NCBI RefSeq assembly: GCF_018350175.1
Contig: NC_058368.1
Span: 219,296,001-219,360,000, forward strand
Direction: 5' to 3'
Length of the DNA stretch: 64,000 bases
Source: Felis catus
Lineage: Eukaryota
The notes beneath the pieces are model-generated. The model searched no databases, was not told the DNA's origin, and saw nothing but the letters and a program-made list of their open reading frames with translations. Positions 26,037 through 39,504 of the stretch are shown piece after piece; the stretch's first letter is position 1, and each line of letters opens with the position of its first letter. The translations under genes and the position numbers were made by a program.

Positions 26037-26600
26037 GAAAATATTTTTGATTGTAGCAAGTGCGAGGAAAAAAATAAAACGGCCTATTATAATGGATAGT
26101 GAGGTGAAAGTGCCACTTGGGATTCAGTGGTCATAATATAATTATCTGAAATATTGATATTCTTATTGAAACCAATGATGTGAATATCTAGCAGAGTACA
26201 TTTTAGGCGGAATAAAGTGTGAAGACTGTAAAGTACGCATGAATATGACATAACTTTGGCCAAAAAAGGGTGAAGTAAAAAGAAAGAGTGGGATGTGATA
26301 AAGTTGGGGAGGTAGGCAATTTTATGTAGGGACTAAAAGGCATGAGAAAGAGTTTCTATTTTTTCATGACTACAGTAGAAACCACTGACAAATGATATAT
26401 TTTTTTCCAAAATGTTGTTTTACATTGTGTCTATTAGAGCACAGACAAACACAGAAATTGGAAGGATAAGGGACAGGTAATGGTATTTGTTGTAAGATAT
26501 GCAAGAACTGATACCATCTTGAAGAAGGATTGTAACAATGAAGAAAGAGAGAAATAATTGAGTTTTGATTTTATTTTTCAGTTGGATCAAAAATTCTGTT
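25860..26600 (-). mobile_element. L2 fragment; resumes at about 28335-28430 after the L1 insertion
   Basis: cagacacattgtagatactgggaatacag...cttttattctggc is a reverse L2 3' pattern. Confidence 0.6.
25986..26034. repeat. (CA)n microsatellite, one interruption
   Basis: CA run containing one tg. Confidence 0.95.
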
Positions 26601-26601
26601 T

Positions 26602-28332
26602 AATTTGGAAAAAACAACATTGTTAGAATTTCCATTCCTACTCAAAGCAATCCACAGACTTAACACAACCCATATAAAAAATCAACAGCATTTTTCACAA
26701 AACCAGAACAAATATATTAAGATTTATTTTGGAACCACAAAAGACCCCAAATAGTCAAAGCAATCTTGATAAAGAAGAATAAAGCTAGAGGTATCACAAT
26801 CCCAGATTTCAAGATATACCACAAAGCTGTGGTAATCAAAACAGTATGGTACTGGCACAAAAATAGACACATAGATCAACGAATCAAATTAGAGACCCCC
26901 AAAATAAGCTCACTCTTATATGGTCAATAAATGTACAACAAAGGTGGCAAGAATATACAATAGACAGAAGAGTCTCTTCAGTAAATGGTGCTGGAAAAAC
27001 GAAACAGCTACATGCAAAAGAATGAAGCTGGACCACTTTTTTTATACCATATACAAAAATTAAACTCCAAATGGACTAAAACTTAAATATGAGACCTGAA
27101 ACCATAAAACTGCCAAAAAAACATAGGCAGTGATTTCTTTGACATTGGCCATAGAAACATTTTTCGAGATATGTCTCTTTATTCAAGGGAAACAAAAGCC
27201 AAAATAAACTATTGGGTGGGACCACATCAAAATAAAAAGCTTTTTGCACAGTGAAGGAAACCATCAACAAAATTAAAAGCCAACTTATTGAATGGAAAAG
27301 ATGTTTGCAAATGATATATCTGATAAGAAGTTAATATCCAAAATATATAAGGAATTTATACAACACCACCAAAAAAATAAATAAATAGAATTAAAAATGA
27401 GCAGAAGATCTGAATAGACATTTTTCCAAATGAGACATACAGATAGATGGCAAACAGACACTTGAGAAGATTCTCAACATCACTAATCAGAGAGATACTA
27501 ACCCAAACCACAATGATGTATCATCTAACACCTATCAGAATGTCTAGAATGAAAACGACAAGAAATAACAAGTGTTGGTAAGAATGTGAAGAAAAACAAA
27601 CCCTCATGCACTGGTGGTAGTAATGTAAATGCAGCCACTGTGAAAACCAGTATGGAAGTTCCTCAAAAAATTAAAAATAAAATTACCACATGGTCCAGTA
27701 ATTCCACTAATGGGTATTTACTCAAAGAAAATGAGAGCATAAATTCAAAGATATATGTACCCCTATATTTATAGCAGTATTATTTATAATAGCCAAGATA
27801 TGGAAGCAACTCAAATGTCTGTCAATGGATAGATAAAAAAAGATGTGGTAACACACAAACACATATACATACGTACACATATATACATACATACGTACAC
27901 ATATATACATATACACATACATGCTTACACATGTATACATACGTACAATGGAATATTACTCAGCCATAAAAAAGAATGAGATTTTGCCATTTGCAACAAC
28001 ATAGATGGACCTAGGGGATTTAAAGCTAAGTGAAATAAGTTAGACACAGAAAAACAAATGCTTATTTGATTTCACTCATGTGTGGAAGTTAAGAAACAAA
28101 TGGACAAAAAAATCAAAAAAGAGACAAACGCAGACTCTTGAATACAGAGAATAAATTGGTGGTTACCAGAGGGCAGGTGGGTGGGAGGATGGGTGAAACA
28201 GAGGGGATTAAGAATAAATTTATAGTGATGAGCAATGAATAATGTATAGGATTGTTAAATCATTATATTGTACACCAGAAACTAATGTAACACTGGATGT
28301 TAATTATACATCAATTTTTTAAAGTTAAAAAA
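26602..28332 (+). mobile_element. 5'-truncated carnivore L1 (3' part of ORF2 plus 3' UTR), frameshifted
   Basis: Clear ORF2 DNA (aaaacagtatggtactggcacaaaaatagacacatagatcaa; gtaaatggtgctggaaaaac), A tail, degenerate TSD aaaattctgttt / agaattctattt; internal TACA/TA expansion about 27850-27945. Confidence 0.93.
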
Positions 28333-29229
28333 AGAATTCTATTTGGGCCCTTCTAATATACTTTGTCAACAGTCCAGTTGAGCTATCAAAAAAGGAGTCA
28401 ACTATATGAGTCTGAAACTCTAGGGAGATACAAAACTAACTCTATGAGAGTTAGCCAAACCAATAAAATGGTGGACTAGAACTGTATTATGGCAGCAAAA
28501 AACAAAACAAATCAAAACCAAAAGAGCACCCAAAATGAATTTATATGTGAGCTTTGTAAGTAGGAATCGTAACATTCAGTAAAAGCTATTATAACCCATT
28601 TTAGTCTTCATTCATCAGACAAGACAAAGCATTGTATTTATTTTTGATCACAACCTTTTAAAAATGATCAAGGCAGTAAACAATTAAAAATTATTTAAAT
28701 GGAAATCACTGGACAGAATTGAGGATGCTTAGCTTAAAGAAATAGAACCACAGTGGTCACTATATCTGCTTTTTCATATTTAAAGTCCTGGATGGTTTAG
28801 GAATGATTTACTTGGTTTTGAATAAAGTGTTGAGATAGATTTACGAGGGACATATATTAAATACAAAGAAATATTTTCACCACACTTTTAGGAAGATTTA
28901 TGTAAAGAAGAAATTATGCTAATCTGAAGTGTGTATGTCTGTATCCCTTGCACTATTTACCTGCCTACTCCTCCTCACTACTGTGGTTTGTTGACTCACT
29001 GATACTCTCAAACGTTAAGAATTTGGCATCTATCTCTAGTGATACATCCTGTATATAGGTTTATCTAATAGTTCTTCATTCAAACTGGGAACCATTGGAG
29101 TATAAATTAAAGCTTACTGATATTTAAAATGGAAAAACAGTCATAGAATAGACCTATCCTGAGATCAGGATGCATGATAAAACGACTCTCTTATAAACGA
29201 TAAACCAACACCATTCTCACAGTGCTTTC

Positions 29230-29720
29230 TTATTCTTCTTAACTCTTGTTCCTCTTCACCTCCAACCCTCTTTAATCACACACATGTATGGCCATAACCT
29301 GGACAATATTGTCCCTCTTAATTAATCCACTCAAGGTATTTTAAACTGTAATATCTCAGGCTCTAAGTGAAATCGCTTATTCCTTCTATTTTTGACTCCA
29401 GTCCTGGAGATAGTTGATAAGTTTTACTCCGGCTTTAGCAACTCTCCATTTAGTGTGGACTCAATATTTGATCTCCTGAACCATTTCTGTTCTATTGCTG
29501 TACTTGCTAAGCAAACCCAGACTCAGCATCATTCCAGCAATGCAGAAAGCCACACCTTGCTAAGTGATCATCATGTAACTCTGCGCGACTGATCTTTGTA
29601 ACAGGCATTACTTTTTAGCCTTTTTCTCTACCCTAAGCAGCAAACCCTTAACATGCTCAGTTACCCTACTCTCTTCCTTCCCTTCTCACTATCCCTATCG
29701 TAAAACCTCCATTAACTAAT
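29230..29720 (+). mobile_element. Ancient L2 internal (ORF2 endonuclease-end) fragment
   Basis: 29278-29313 translates THMYGHNLDNIV, resembling the TH..GHTLDL motif; C-rich L2-like composition. Confidence 0.45.
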
Positions 29721-29985
29721 AACAGTGAAATAAACTGGATTTTTTCCAAGTCCTGATTCTGAATCTATAAATATATATTTATTTCTACCCATTTTACTTC
29801 TGAAGAAATATAAGTTTTGTTCCTGTTTGAGGGCAGGTTCTTTACTTGAGCCTTTGGTTTTCTCAAATAACCTCTGAAACATGGTTTCATTAGATACCAT
29901 CTGTATATCTGATGTATCTGATGATTGTTTTCTTCAATTTACAATTATCAAATATTTTACTTTCTTTTAAAAAAAGGAAAACACA

Positions 29986-30207
29986 GGGGCGCCTGGGTAG
30001 CGCAGTCGGTTAAGCGTCCGACTTCAGCCAGGTCACGATCTCGCGGTCCGTGAGTTCGAGCCCCGCGTCAGGCTCTGGGCTGATGGCTCGGAGCCTGGAG
30101 TCTGCTTCCGATTCTGTGTCTCCCTCTCTCTCTGCCCCTCCCCGTTCATGCTCTGTCTCTCTCTGTCCCAAAAATAAATAAAAACATTGAAAAAAATTAA
30201 AAAAAAA
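29986..30207 (+). mobile_element. Young feline CAN-SINE (SINEC_Fc type)
   Basis: Near-identical to the 2820 copy; perfect 18-bp TSD taaaaaaaggaaaacaca at 29968-29985 and 30208-30225. Confidence 0.97.
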
Positions 30208-30414
30208 TAAAAAAAGGAAAACACATATCTTGTTTTAATTCCTTCATATTGCTTCTCATCCAGGCCTGCTTCTTCTAATCATAAGCTGTTTCAATTTCTT
30301 CATCTCTTATTTCTTCACGATCTACTAGTATCTAACATCTGCCTCAGTGATATCAAGGCAACTTCTCCTGCTTAGGTTCCCAAGTCATATATTGGTCACC
30401 CCCCTCAACATGTC

Positions 30415-31470
30415 TTTAATGAGTATACAATATGTGTCAGGCACTGTTGATGTGGTTAGATTAAATCATCAGAGGAAAGAATAAAGGAAACAGGTAATAT
30501 TTCTGCCCTTGAGTAGTTTATATTCTACTGGGCTGAACAGATTTTTTTTTTTCAAATCAATGAACATACTCAATAGATAGATTATTCAGTATGTGAAGAG
30601 TGGTAAGTGATATATGCATATACATTTTAGAAAGAGAACAAAGAGTGAAAAGAAGAAGAGTACAGTAAGAGGACTAAGGAGTGGCCTGGAACATGAGTTA
30701 CAATTTTTTTTAAATGTTTATTTATCTTTGAGAGAGAGAGAAAGGGAGAGAGAGCGAACGCACATATGTGTATGTGGGGGCGGGGCAGAGAGAGGGGTGA
30801 GGAACAGTGGTTCTCAAGTGGGCTCTGTGCTGACAGCAGAGAGTGTAGGGCTCAAACTCACTAACCCTGAGATGACGACCTGAGCTGAAGTACTGACATT
30901 GGATGTTTAACTGACTGAGCCACCCAGCACCACCGTGAGTTACAATTTTTAATTGAGTGGTCATACTTGACTTTATTGAGAAAAAGAGAGAAGCGTACCT
31001 AACATGTTCAAGGAATACCAAAGAGGTCAGTGTGGCTATAGCAAGGGAGGGCATAGCAAAGGATAAATTCACAGAGGTAATGGAAAGCAGGATTATGTAC
31101 AACCTTGTTGGACATTGTAAGGTAAATGACCTTCATTTGAAAAGAAATGGGTTGTGTGATACTTATGAGCAAGAGGATGACATGATTTGACTTAGATTTC
31201 AGAAGTGTCACCCAAGATTCCATCTTGAGAATAGACTTTGGAGGGCAAGGGTATGTGCATGGAAGAATTTAAGAAGCTATTATAATATTCCAGGAGGAAG
31301 TTGGAAGGACTTTGACCAATACAGTAGCATTATGGTGTTGTTGAAGTATTGTTAGAAGACAGAAATGGCCATATTCTGAATATGAGTCCGGGTGGTTCCA
31401 ACAATATTGGACACTGGACCTAAGAAAAAGAATGAATCCAGGGTTTTGGGCCCAAACAACTGGATCAGAT
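30415..31470 (-). mobile_element. L2 fragment interrupted by a SINE
   Basis: tatgtgtcaggcactgttg; tgttcaaggaataccaaagaggtcagtgtggct; gacatgatttgacttagatttc. Confidence 0.78.
30710..30935 (-). mobile_element. CAN-SINE
   Basis: TSD tgagttacaattttt at 30694 and 30936. Confidence 0.92.
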
Positions 31471-31579
31471 GGATTTCAGTCAGAAATTTCAGAAAACATG
31501 AATAGTAGCCACCACTCAGAGAGCCACAAAGCCATTCAAGGAAGAAATCTTGAGAAGTCTTTCAGCACCTTACTAGAGG

Positions 31580-31731
31580 GAATATGATCCTCAGAGAGCA
31601 GCATGGGCATCACCTAAAAGCTTGTTAGAAATGAAAAATCTCAGTCCCATGGCCAACCTACTAAATCAGAATCTTCATTTTCACAAGATCCCCGGGTGGT
31701 ATGCATGTATGTTCAAGTGTGGAGAGCACTG
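31580..31731 (+). mobile_element. MER5-like hAT element
   Basis: gcatcacctaaaagcttgttagaaatgaaaaatctcag...acctactaaatcagaatct...acaagatccccgggtg...gagagcactg. Confidence 0.8.
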
Positions 31732-33039
31732 CTTAAATAACATGTATCAGATACAAGGAGGCATAAAACTGGAAAATTTTTGAAAAATTTTCCTTAATAG
31801 ATAGTGTAAGTTTAATTTAGAGGGAAGTTATTGAAAGTTATTGCTGTTACCTTTATACAAGAAATTTGATGCTATCGCCTTTCCATAAACTTAAAATGTC
31901 TATTTTTAAAGAAATCCATTTATACCCTGTTTATTGCCCTTCTCTCAATTCCCTGATTCACATATCCTAATTTTTAATTCTCTTATTCCTGTCAGAGGTG
32001 TATTTGCTGTAACTACAATCATATTATGATTTGGCCACAAACGACCAGGGATATCAGTTAGTCCAGAATTTATTTAGAGATACTGGAAAAGAAAGATCTC
32101 TGGAGCTTGCATAACAAATGCAAGGTCATGTAGCTAGTTAGAGGGAGAGTTGGGCAAGAATAAAAGACCACTGAATTCTTGAAAATAATGAAGTTGTGAT
32201 TTTTGAAAAGTATTTCATAGCTCAGATTTCTATTGGCCACATAATTTTACCACAAATATGAATAAGTTGGCAAAAGTTTCCTTCTACAAAATGCTTGTCA
32301 AAAGCATCTGTAAGCTCATAAAGAAAATAATTTGTGTTAATCTACCCATAATATGTGGCATATGTCTAGGACAATATTGTTAAATTAAGGGGTGCTGTGT
32401 TAGCATGTTAATATTAGCTACTGTCATATATTTGGCAACAAATAAGCATTAAAGACATAAAATATAAATCTCAGAGCAATCAACTCTGGAAGCAATTCTT
32501 AATGCCAAATTGCACTTCATCTAGCACGTAATGCTGATGATCATACTGCCACGCTGCCATAGCACAGACTGGCAGAGAGGCTCCTCTCATATTGGCCCAA
32601 TTAATAGTTCCAAACTGGAGTTTCACTGATTATTTTACAAATACTGGTGGAATTTTCATAGATTCCACTGAAGACACATTTCCTCAACAATTTTTGTTTA
32701 AGTATTTCTATACTGTAGTTTTGTCCTATACCTAAAGCTTTCCTCCATCACAACCTCACTATCACCTGGTCAACTTTTCTTTTCGATCTCAAAATGCTCA
32801 TCTCTTGATTTTTCAAGAGCTTTCTGACTCATTATCAGCATAGAACTGGTATTTCTCTTTCCTAGTTTCTGTAGAATACTTTCCTCTATATTATTCATCT
32901 TTGCTTTATCATTTCATAAGATGAAATTGTGTACTGTGGTTATTAGACAATGTGTTTCAAATCCTAAATTGTAAGATCCTTAAGGACAACAATACGTCTT
33001 CTTAACTCAGGTCTATTAACTCTGTGGGTAAGAATACCA

Positions 33040-33250
33040 TAATAATAATGAAAATAGCTAGATTTCATTGTATATTTATGTTACAAGATATCTTATGCAT
33101 TCTATATGTATTACCTCAAAAACACATGAAGCTGTTTCTATTAGCCCAAAGTGGCTAAGGGCTTTGCCCAAGCCCAATCAACCTGCATGTTATATCAATA
33201 GGATTCTACCTCCTGTTTCTAGAGACTGTGAATGTATTATTTTGCAATAC
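33040..33250 (-). mobile_element. MIR fragment
   Basis: gtggctaagggctttgcccaag core in reverse. Confidence 0.55.
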
Positions 33251-33269
33251 TATTTTGACAACGGGTCCA

Positions 33270-33470
33270 GAATGGTACAGACCCTTGCTTTATATTTTAA
33301 CTTTTCATTCACTCCATGTGGCAAACTTGGGAAACAGATGTAAATTCTCTGGGATTTTTTTCTCATATTTATAACATTGTAACACTTAACATGGCAGTGC
33401 TGTTAATCATGCAGTAAGATAATAAACCTAAAGTTTGTGAACTAAATGATACATTTACTAAAATCTTAGT
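33270..33470 (+). mobile_element. MIR fragment
   Basis: aacttgggaaacagatgtaaattctctgg...tttctcatatttataa. Confidence 0.45.
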
Positions 33471-34629
33471 ATCACCCTAATTTCCATTTGCTACATTCTC
33501 CATAGAGCTTATCAACGAATATTTTTTTTTCTACACACTGAGTGTTCAGTAAATTTTGAAATCAATTTGCATATGATGAAAACCAAACTACCTATATTTT
33601 ACTTCCTTTTTGGAATTATTTTTCTAAGATCTATAGATACATGTCACAGTGTTTACTTGACACATGTTTAACTTTCCTTGACAAACAAATTTTATCACAT
33701 TTTATGGGTCCTAGGTGGGGGATCCTAAAAAATCCAGGTAGCAAATTGTGTGTGCTTTAGGTTTTACAGTTTCTACTGAAAATTGACCTTTATCATTTTC
33801 TTCAATAGGAAAAACCTGTTATGCATCACTTTAAAAAAGAAAAAAAAAGAAAGAGTTCTTAGACAGGTTCCCATCACTTCTGGTCTATGAAAACAATTTT
33901 AACAACAGAGATGAGTGACTTTTTTTCTGAGAAGCCACATGCAATTGTGTTGTCAGTATGAGAACTAAAAGCATTTGGTTTATACATGTGGTATGGCTGT
34001 CTTAATCTTTTAGTTCATCAAATTCCAAGGAGTGAGCAAAAGGCAAAGATTGTAGCTTTAGCTGCCAAAGAGAGTGTGAATCATCTCTCCCAAGATTTTA
34101 AATATCTTTTTTTAGCTTGGAGGCAGAAAGCAAACAACCTGAATGAAAACAGATTTAGGCTGTAACAAGAAGACAGAATTTAACCAGCATATGCTAAAGC
34201 GCCTTACCAAAACGGAACAAAAGTTTTATGCAGAAATGTTACTTCAAAAAAATGCAGTAAATTATTCACATTATGTTCAGTGGACCTTATGATACCTGTA
34301 AATGTCATAAGAACCCTAATCATATTAAGAACTGGAAATTACAAAAACAATAATCTGTCATGGGGAAGGTTTTTTGATACTTACTGGTTAATACAAGATT
34401 TTATTAGAGCCATCTACCTATCTCTAATCTAAGGCTTATATAGCCAAGTTAGTTGTCAATATAAATATACTACTTTATATTTTCATTAGATTGATGAACT
34501 TTAGTAAAACAATGTATTATATTTAAATATTATTTAACTTAACATTTAGTAATAATCCTACTGTACAATGGGATAAGGTAGGGCATTTATATATAATGGA
34601 CTGAAATGGATTTACATATACATAGACAT

Positions 34630-35115
34630 TTCATTTAAAATTAAGATGACATTTCAAATCAGTATGAAAAGAATTGATTATTCAAAGATTACTGTAGAAA
34701 CATTTGTAGTTCTATCCATCTAATTATCTATCTATGATACATATAGATTAGTGTTTTATACTTTATGACAAATTCCAAGTGGATCCAAGTTCTAAGCATA
34801 AAAAACAAAGGAATAGTAAAACTACAATGTAAATACTAAATACAGACAAATAAATAAAATACTAATTAATCTTTTAAATTATTGATTAGAAAATTAATTT
34901 GAACACTCTTCTGAAGTCCAGAAGTCATAAAAGTTTGATAAAATAAGGCTATATAGTTGGAAGACTATTATATATCCAACATACCATAAGCTAAGTTAGA
35001 AGGGAAATATGTATCACACATAAGAAATAGATGTATGTTTACAAAAAAAAAATAGATGTATGTTTTAAATACATACATTTAAACTCAAAGTTCTTATAAA
35101 TCAATATAAAACTCC
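34630..35115 (+). mobile_element. Ancient L1M ORF2 fragment
   Basis: atttcaaatcagtatgaaaagaattgattattcaaag; caaattccaagtggatccaag. Confidence 0.55.
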
Positions 35116-35129
35116 ATCAGCATAAAGAG

Positions 35130-35433
35130 GGCTTAACTTCAGTTCTCTTTGTAAATATTTCCTTATCAAAGAGGTCTTCCCTGACAACCAGACCAAAAAC
35201 AAACAAACAAACAAACAAACAAACAAACAAAACAAAAAAGAGCATCCTGAAAATCTCTCTAACAGGATTAACTTGATTGTTATTGTATATTCACAGCAGT
35301 TCTAAGAAGCCCAGTACCAGAGTTTCTATATTTAGTTTCCGATTATACCCTACCCCATGAACCATTGCCTGGCTTATGGTCTTTAAATAAAACTTTTGAA
35401 TGAATGAATGAATGAATCAATGAATGAATGAAT
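35130..35433 (+). mobile_element. L2 3' end with internal (AAAC)n and terminal (TGAA)n
   Basis: gaggtcttccctgacaacc; ttgcctggcttatgg...aataaa...tgaatgaatgaatg. Confidence 0.65.
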
Positions 35434-37389
35434 CTAGGATAAAATGTAAAGAAACATGATAAGTAAAAAGAAGGATTAGCTTGGAAAGAATGAACACACT
35501 GTTTTCAAAGACAAGAAAGTAAACGTGTGTACGTATGCATGCATGTGTATGTGTGTCAACAGGAAAAAACCCTAAGTTGTAACCTCAGCACAAGGCTTAT
35601 CAAGCACCGCTGAATGAACATTTGATATTAGATGTTATGAATTTGTAGAGAACTGAATGAGTTTGATTTTGTAAATCTCTACATGATTGCTCAGCTGTCT
35701 AAAATCAAGAGAAATATAATATCTGAAAATGCCTTGGCTTACAGTTTGACAAGAAATGATTTCAAAACAGTGAATAAAAGAATAATTTCATGATTAGAGA
35801 GTATGCATATTTGAACTGGTTTACCATTGGCCCCAGCATAGGCAAATAAAGCTGGAAATAGGGTGACCACGTCAAGAGATAATGAAAGTTTGGAAATCAC
35901 TGAGGGACAATGAAGAGGAAATTTGGTAAAATAACGGAAAAGGAAATGTTGAAACAGATTTGAAATCTTCTTTAAGACATGATATTATACTTTCTCTTTC
36001 ATTGCCAGCTTCTCTGACTGGCTTCAGTGCCTTAATAAGACATAGGAAGCTATGGCATCAATGCTCTGCAATGTTTCTATGTGACATTCACTGGATAACC
36101 TCATTCAGTTTCCTGTCCATCACTAAGGTCTATACTCTAATGATTTCCAATGCGTATCCTCCATTTTATTGTTTGCTTTAAAATCCAGATTCATAGGGTA
36201 ACTTCCATCCAAATTTTATTAATTAGGGACCATTAGCAGGAAACATTATCCATTCTGTTTTTAACAGAATGGGGTTCAACTCAGTAATCAGATGCTTTTA
36301 AAATCTTTGGAAGGACTGGAGGCACAAGCTCAATGCTAGGACCCAGAAGCCATGACAGAAATTGTTGAGTTAAAGAATGCACAACTGTAGTTGTGATCCA
36401 CATGTCAAAATATTGTCCCTACCTGCACCCCCATCTTTTGGTGCATGGAAGATAGGGACTAGATTGGTTTAGGACTCAATGTCCTCGCAATTACACTTGA
36501 TGGGGGAAGAGTCGATCAACTGAAAGATGGTCTCTCTGTCCAACTCTCTTGTGCATTCTGATCCAGAAGTACATCTAATTGGAGATACCTATTTTACATC
36601 ACATGGTAAAAACAGACTACTTCAGAAAGTTAGCTTCTGCAGCCTCTGGATGGAGATAGATGGCTACAAAGAGATAAGCCGGGATGCTGAGTGAAATGAA
36701 TATATCCTTGAATATATCAGCCTGGAAATTCCAAAGATAGTTGAACATCAGAAAATAGACATTTTTGTCTGTCAAACTGTTTCCCATCTTAACCTCCTCA
36801 TTCTGGTTAATAGCACTATCTAGGAATCTTTTTCTATGCTTCTTTCCCCATACTTCTAATTCCTATAGATAAATATGTTTTGTTGACTCTAATATTTAAA
36901 TATCTCCTGAATTTCTTTTTATATTTCTCTATGACATTCTGTTGTCACATTTTATACATGATTTGGGATAGATTTTCAGCTCTTTTATTTTTATTATTTT
37001 TGTCAATGATTGAAAGGGTGATAAAATGTTTCTGACATTTGACTTGAAACAGTCTTTTCCAATATTTGCTTGAATTTAGTGAACAATTTTAATATAGATA
37101 CATATATATTCTCATTTTTCAGAGATTTGTTTTTTATACAGAAAATATTTTGTCTTCAAGAAAAAGTAAAATTTAATATGCTTTGTGATATAGATTGTCA
37201 TATTGTGATTTGTGGTGTAAATATTTTTTAATCAGTGTTCAAGGAAAAGAATAATCTAAAATGCTAGAATTGTAAAGGCTTTTAAGTTATTTTAGGCTTA
37301 GGTTGTGAATTTTTCAGTCCAATTTTATTCCATTTTGCATATTTAATTTGTGTTTTAAAAAGGCCTGGTGATAAAAGTTGCACATTCCA

Positions 37390-37780
37390 TGTTATAATAA
37401 AATGAATAGAAGCTTCCAAACATGTCCTCATCTGAATCAGTAGAACCTGTGAATATGTGACTTTATTAGGGCATAAGGGACTTTCTGGATGTGATTAAGT
37501 TGAGGGCCTTGAGATGAGGAAATTATCCTGGATTATCTGGATGACTCTAATGTAATTATAGAATTCTTATAAAAGGGAGGCAGTTGAGTCAGTTTCAGAG
37601 ATTAAAAAGAGATGTGATGTCAGAAGGAGAGGCTGGAGTGATGCACATTGAAGATGGAGAAATGAGCCACCAGCCAAGAAATGCAGGTGAACTCTACTAG
37701 CTGGAAAATGCAAGAAAATGGGTTCTGCCCTGAAATTGCCAGAAGGAACAAAGCCCTGCTAACACCTTAATTTTAAACAT

Positions 37781-37811
<31 letters not shown>

Positions 37812-37890
37812 TTCATTCATTCATTCATTCATTCATTCATTCATTTATTCATTTATTTATTTATTATTGAGAGAGAGAAAGTAAGCTAGG

Positions 37891-37940
<50 letters not shown>

Positions 37941-38152
37941 CCTGAAGTGGGGCTCCATCTTACCCAATGTGGGCTTCAACTCACAATCTGTGAGACCCAA
38001 GCTGAAGCTGGATATTTAACCTACTGAACCACCAAGGCACCCCTTGATCTGAAGCTTTTGACTTCTCCAAATATAAGAAGGGAAAAAAAATAGGATGTAA
38101 TAAACCACTAAGTTCGTGGTGGTTTATTATAGCAACAATAAGAAACTAGTAC
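37390..38152 (+). mobile_element. MaLR LTR (MLT1C/D-like) interrupted by a SINE
   Basis: gaacctgtgaatatgtgac; ccttgagatgaggaaattatcctggattatctgg; ends aagaaactagtaca. Confidence 0.87.
37779..38043 (-). mobile_element. Variant CAN-SINE with compound (TTTA)n(TTCA)n tail and (GA)n
   Basis: Head ...ctgaaccaccaaggcacccc; tail 37779-37868. Confidence 0.88.
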
Positions 38153-39504
38153 ACAATTCCTAATTATAGAGATTGACTTCAGTCTGAAATTGCTGTATTT
38201 ATGATAAGTTTCTATGATAGCAAACATTTGACTTGGATTGCAAAGCAATCTCACACCCACCAGCATGCCTCGGGCTTCGAGGCAGCAAAAAGATTATTAC
38301 CTCTGCTGAGAAATTAGGATAAGTGAACCAACTTGAAATTTTTCTTGTGCTCATGGTTTTACTTCCATATGGCAACATCTTAATTTTCATATATTTAATG
38401 ATGTCAGAATATTGAATTTACTCTTCGCACATTTATCGATGTCAGAACCATCAAGTCATCAGAGAAATACAGCCATATCCGTTAGTGATATATTTGTTAT
38501 GAAGCTGTAACATGTGGTTAATAGCATGAAAAAGGTGCTCATAAAATACAAGTTTAATACATTGATATTTAGACAGGCTCTCTTACTTTCTCAATAGTCT
38601 ATAAAACAGGTTTTCTTCAAAGGAGAAAGCCCAACTGAGAGAAGATAAGGGTGTTTCCCAGCTACATTTTTAGTGAAGAGAGTGTTGAATCAATAGGAAA
38701 CTAGATAAATATACAGAACCCCGTAGAGTGGAAATGTCGTGTTGGTAAGGCATTTTCAGAGAACAAAAGAGAGGGTATAAATAAAATGGTCTTTAAGGGG
38801 AGATTTTGGTCTCCAAGTTTTGTTGTTGTTGTTGTTTTCTTTCTGGAAATAGTCACTGCATGAAAATAATGAAACACATTTATCCTTTTCTGAATTAAGT
38901 ATCTTAAATTGAGGATATACTAACTTTATAGTTAGGAAATAAAATCACTAAAATCAGAGAACTTTAGATGTTTGTGACAGACTAAGTAGGAAAAAGGAAA
39001 GTATCAATCAAGAAAGAACTGGGATGCATTGAGGAATCAATCATTACAGGTAGAATGACTTAGAACAAGGGCATTCTTATCTCTCACATCACTCGCCAAG
39101 TGGCAAATAAAACATTGTAATTTTCCACTTCCACTCCTCCTTACAACCATAGTGCTGTTTTTCTGAAAACCTGGACTCCTGATCTATATTCTACCTGCCA
39201 CTCTACTGTGACAGAGCACTGGTATATCCCTTCCATGCCTATTCCACCTTCCTGTGTGTCTGGGAGGCCATACACCTGGATATCCTAGGAGCTGGCAAAG
39301 GCTTCTTGCTGTCAAGATCTGTCCATTTTTTAACATGCTGTTTATTCTCAGAATCACGGTGACAATTTTGTTAACCATACATGGAGATTCCCTACCTAGG
39401 CGCTGTGCTCTTCACCTTGCTGATTAGAACATTTCCTGTCAGTATGAATTCCATCCTAACAAATGGAGCTAGTATGAACTCCCAGTCTTCCCCTTACTTT
39501 TTTG

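Noticed and set aside
36220..36710. Possible ancient ERVL/MaLR LTR
   Set aside because: Only vague motif resemblance; boundaries and family could not be supported.
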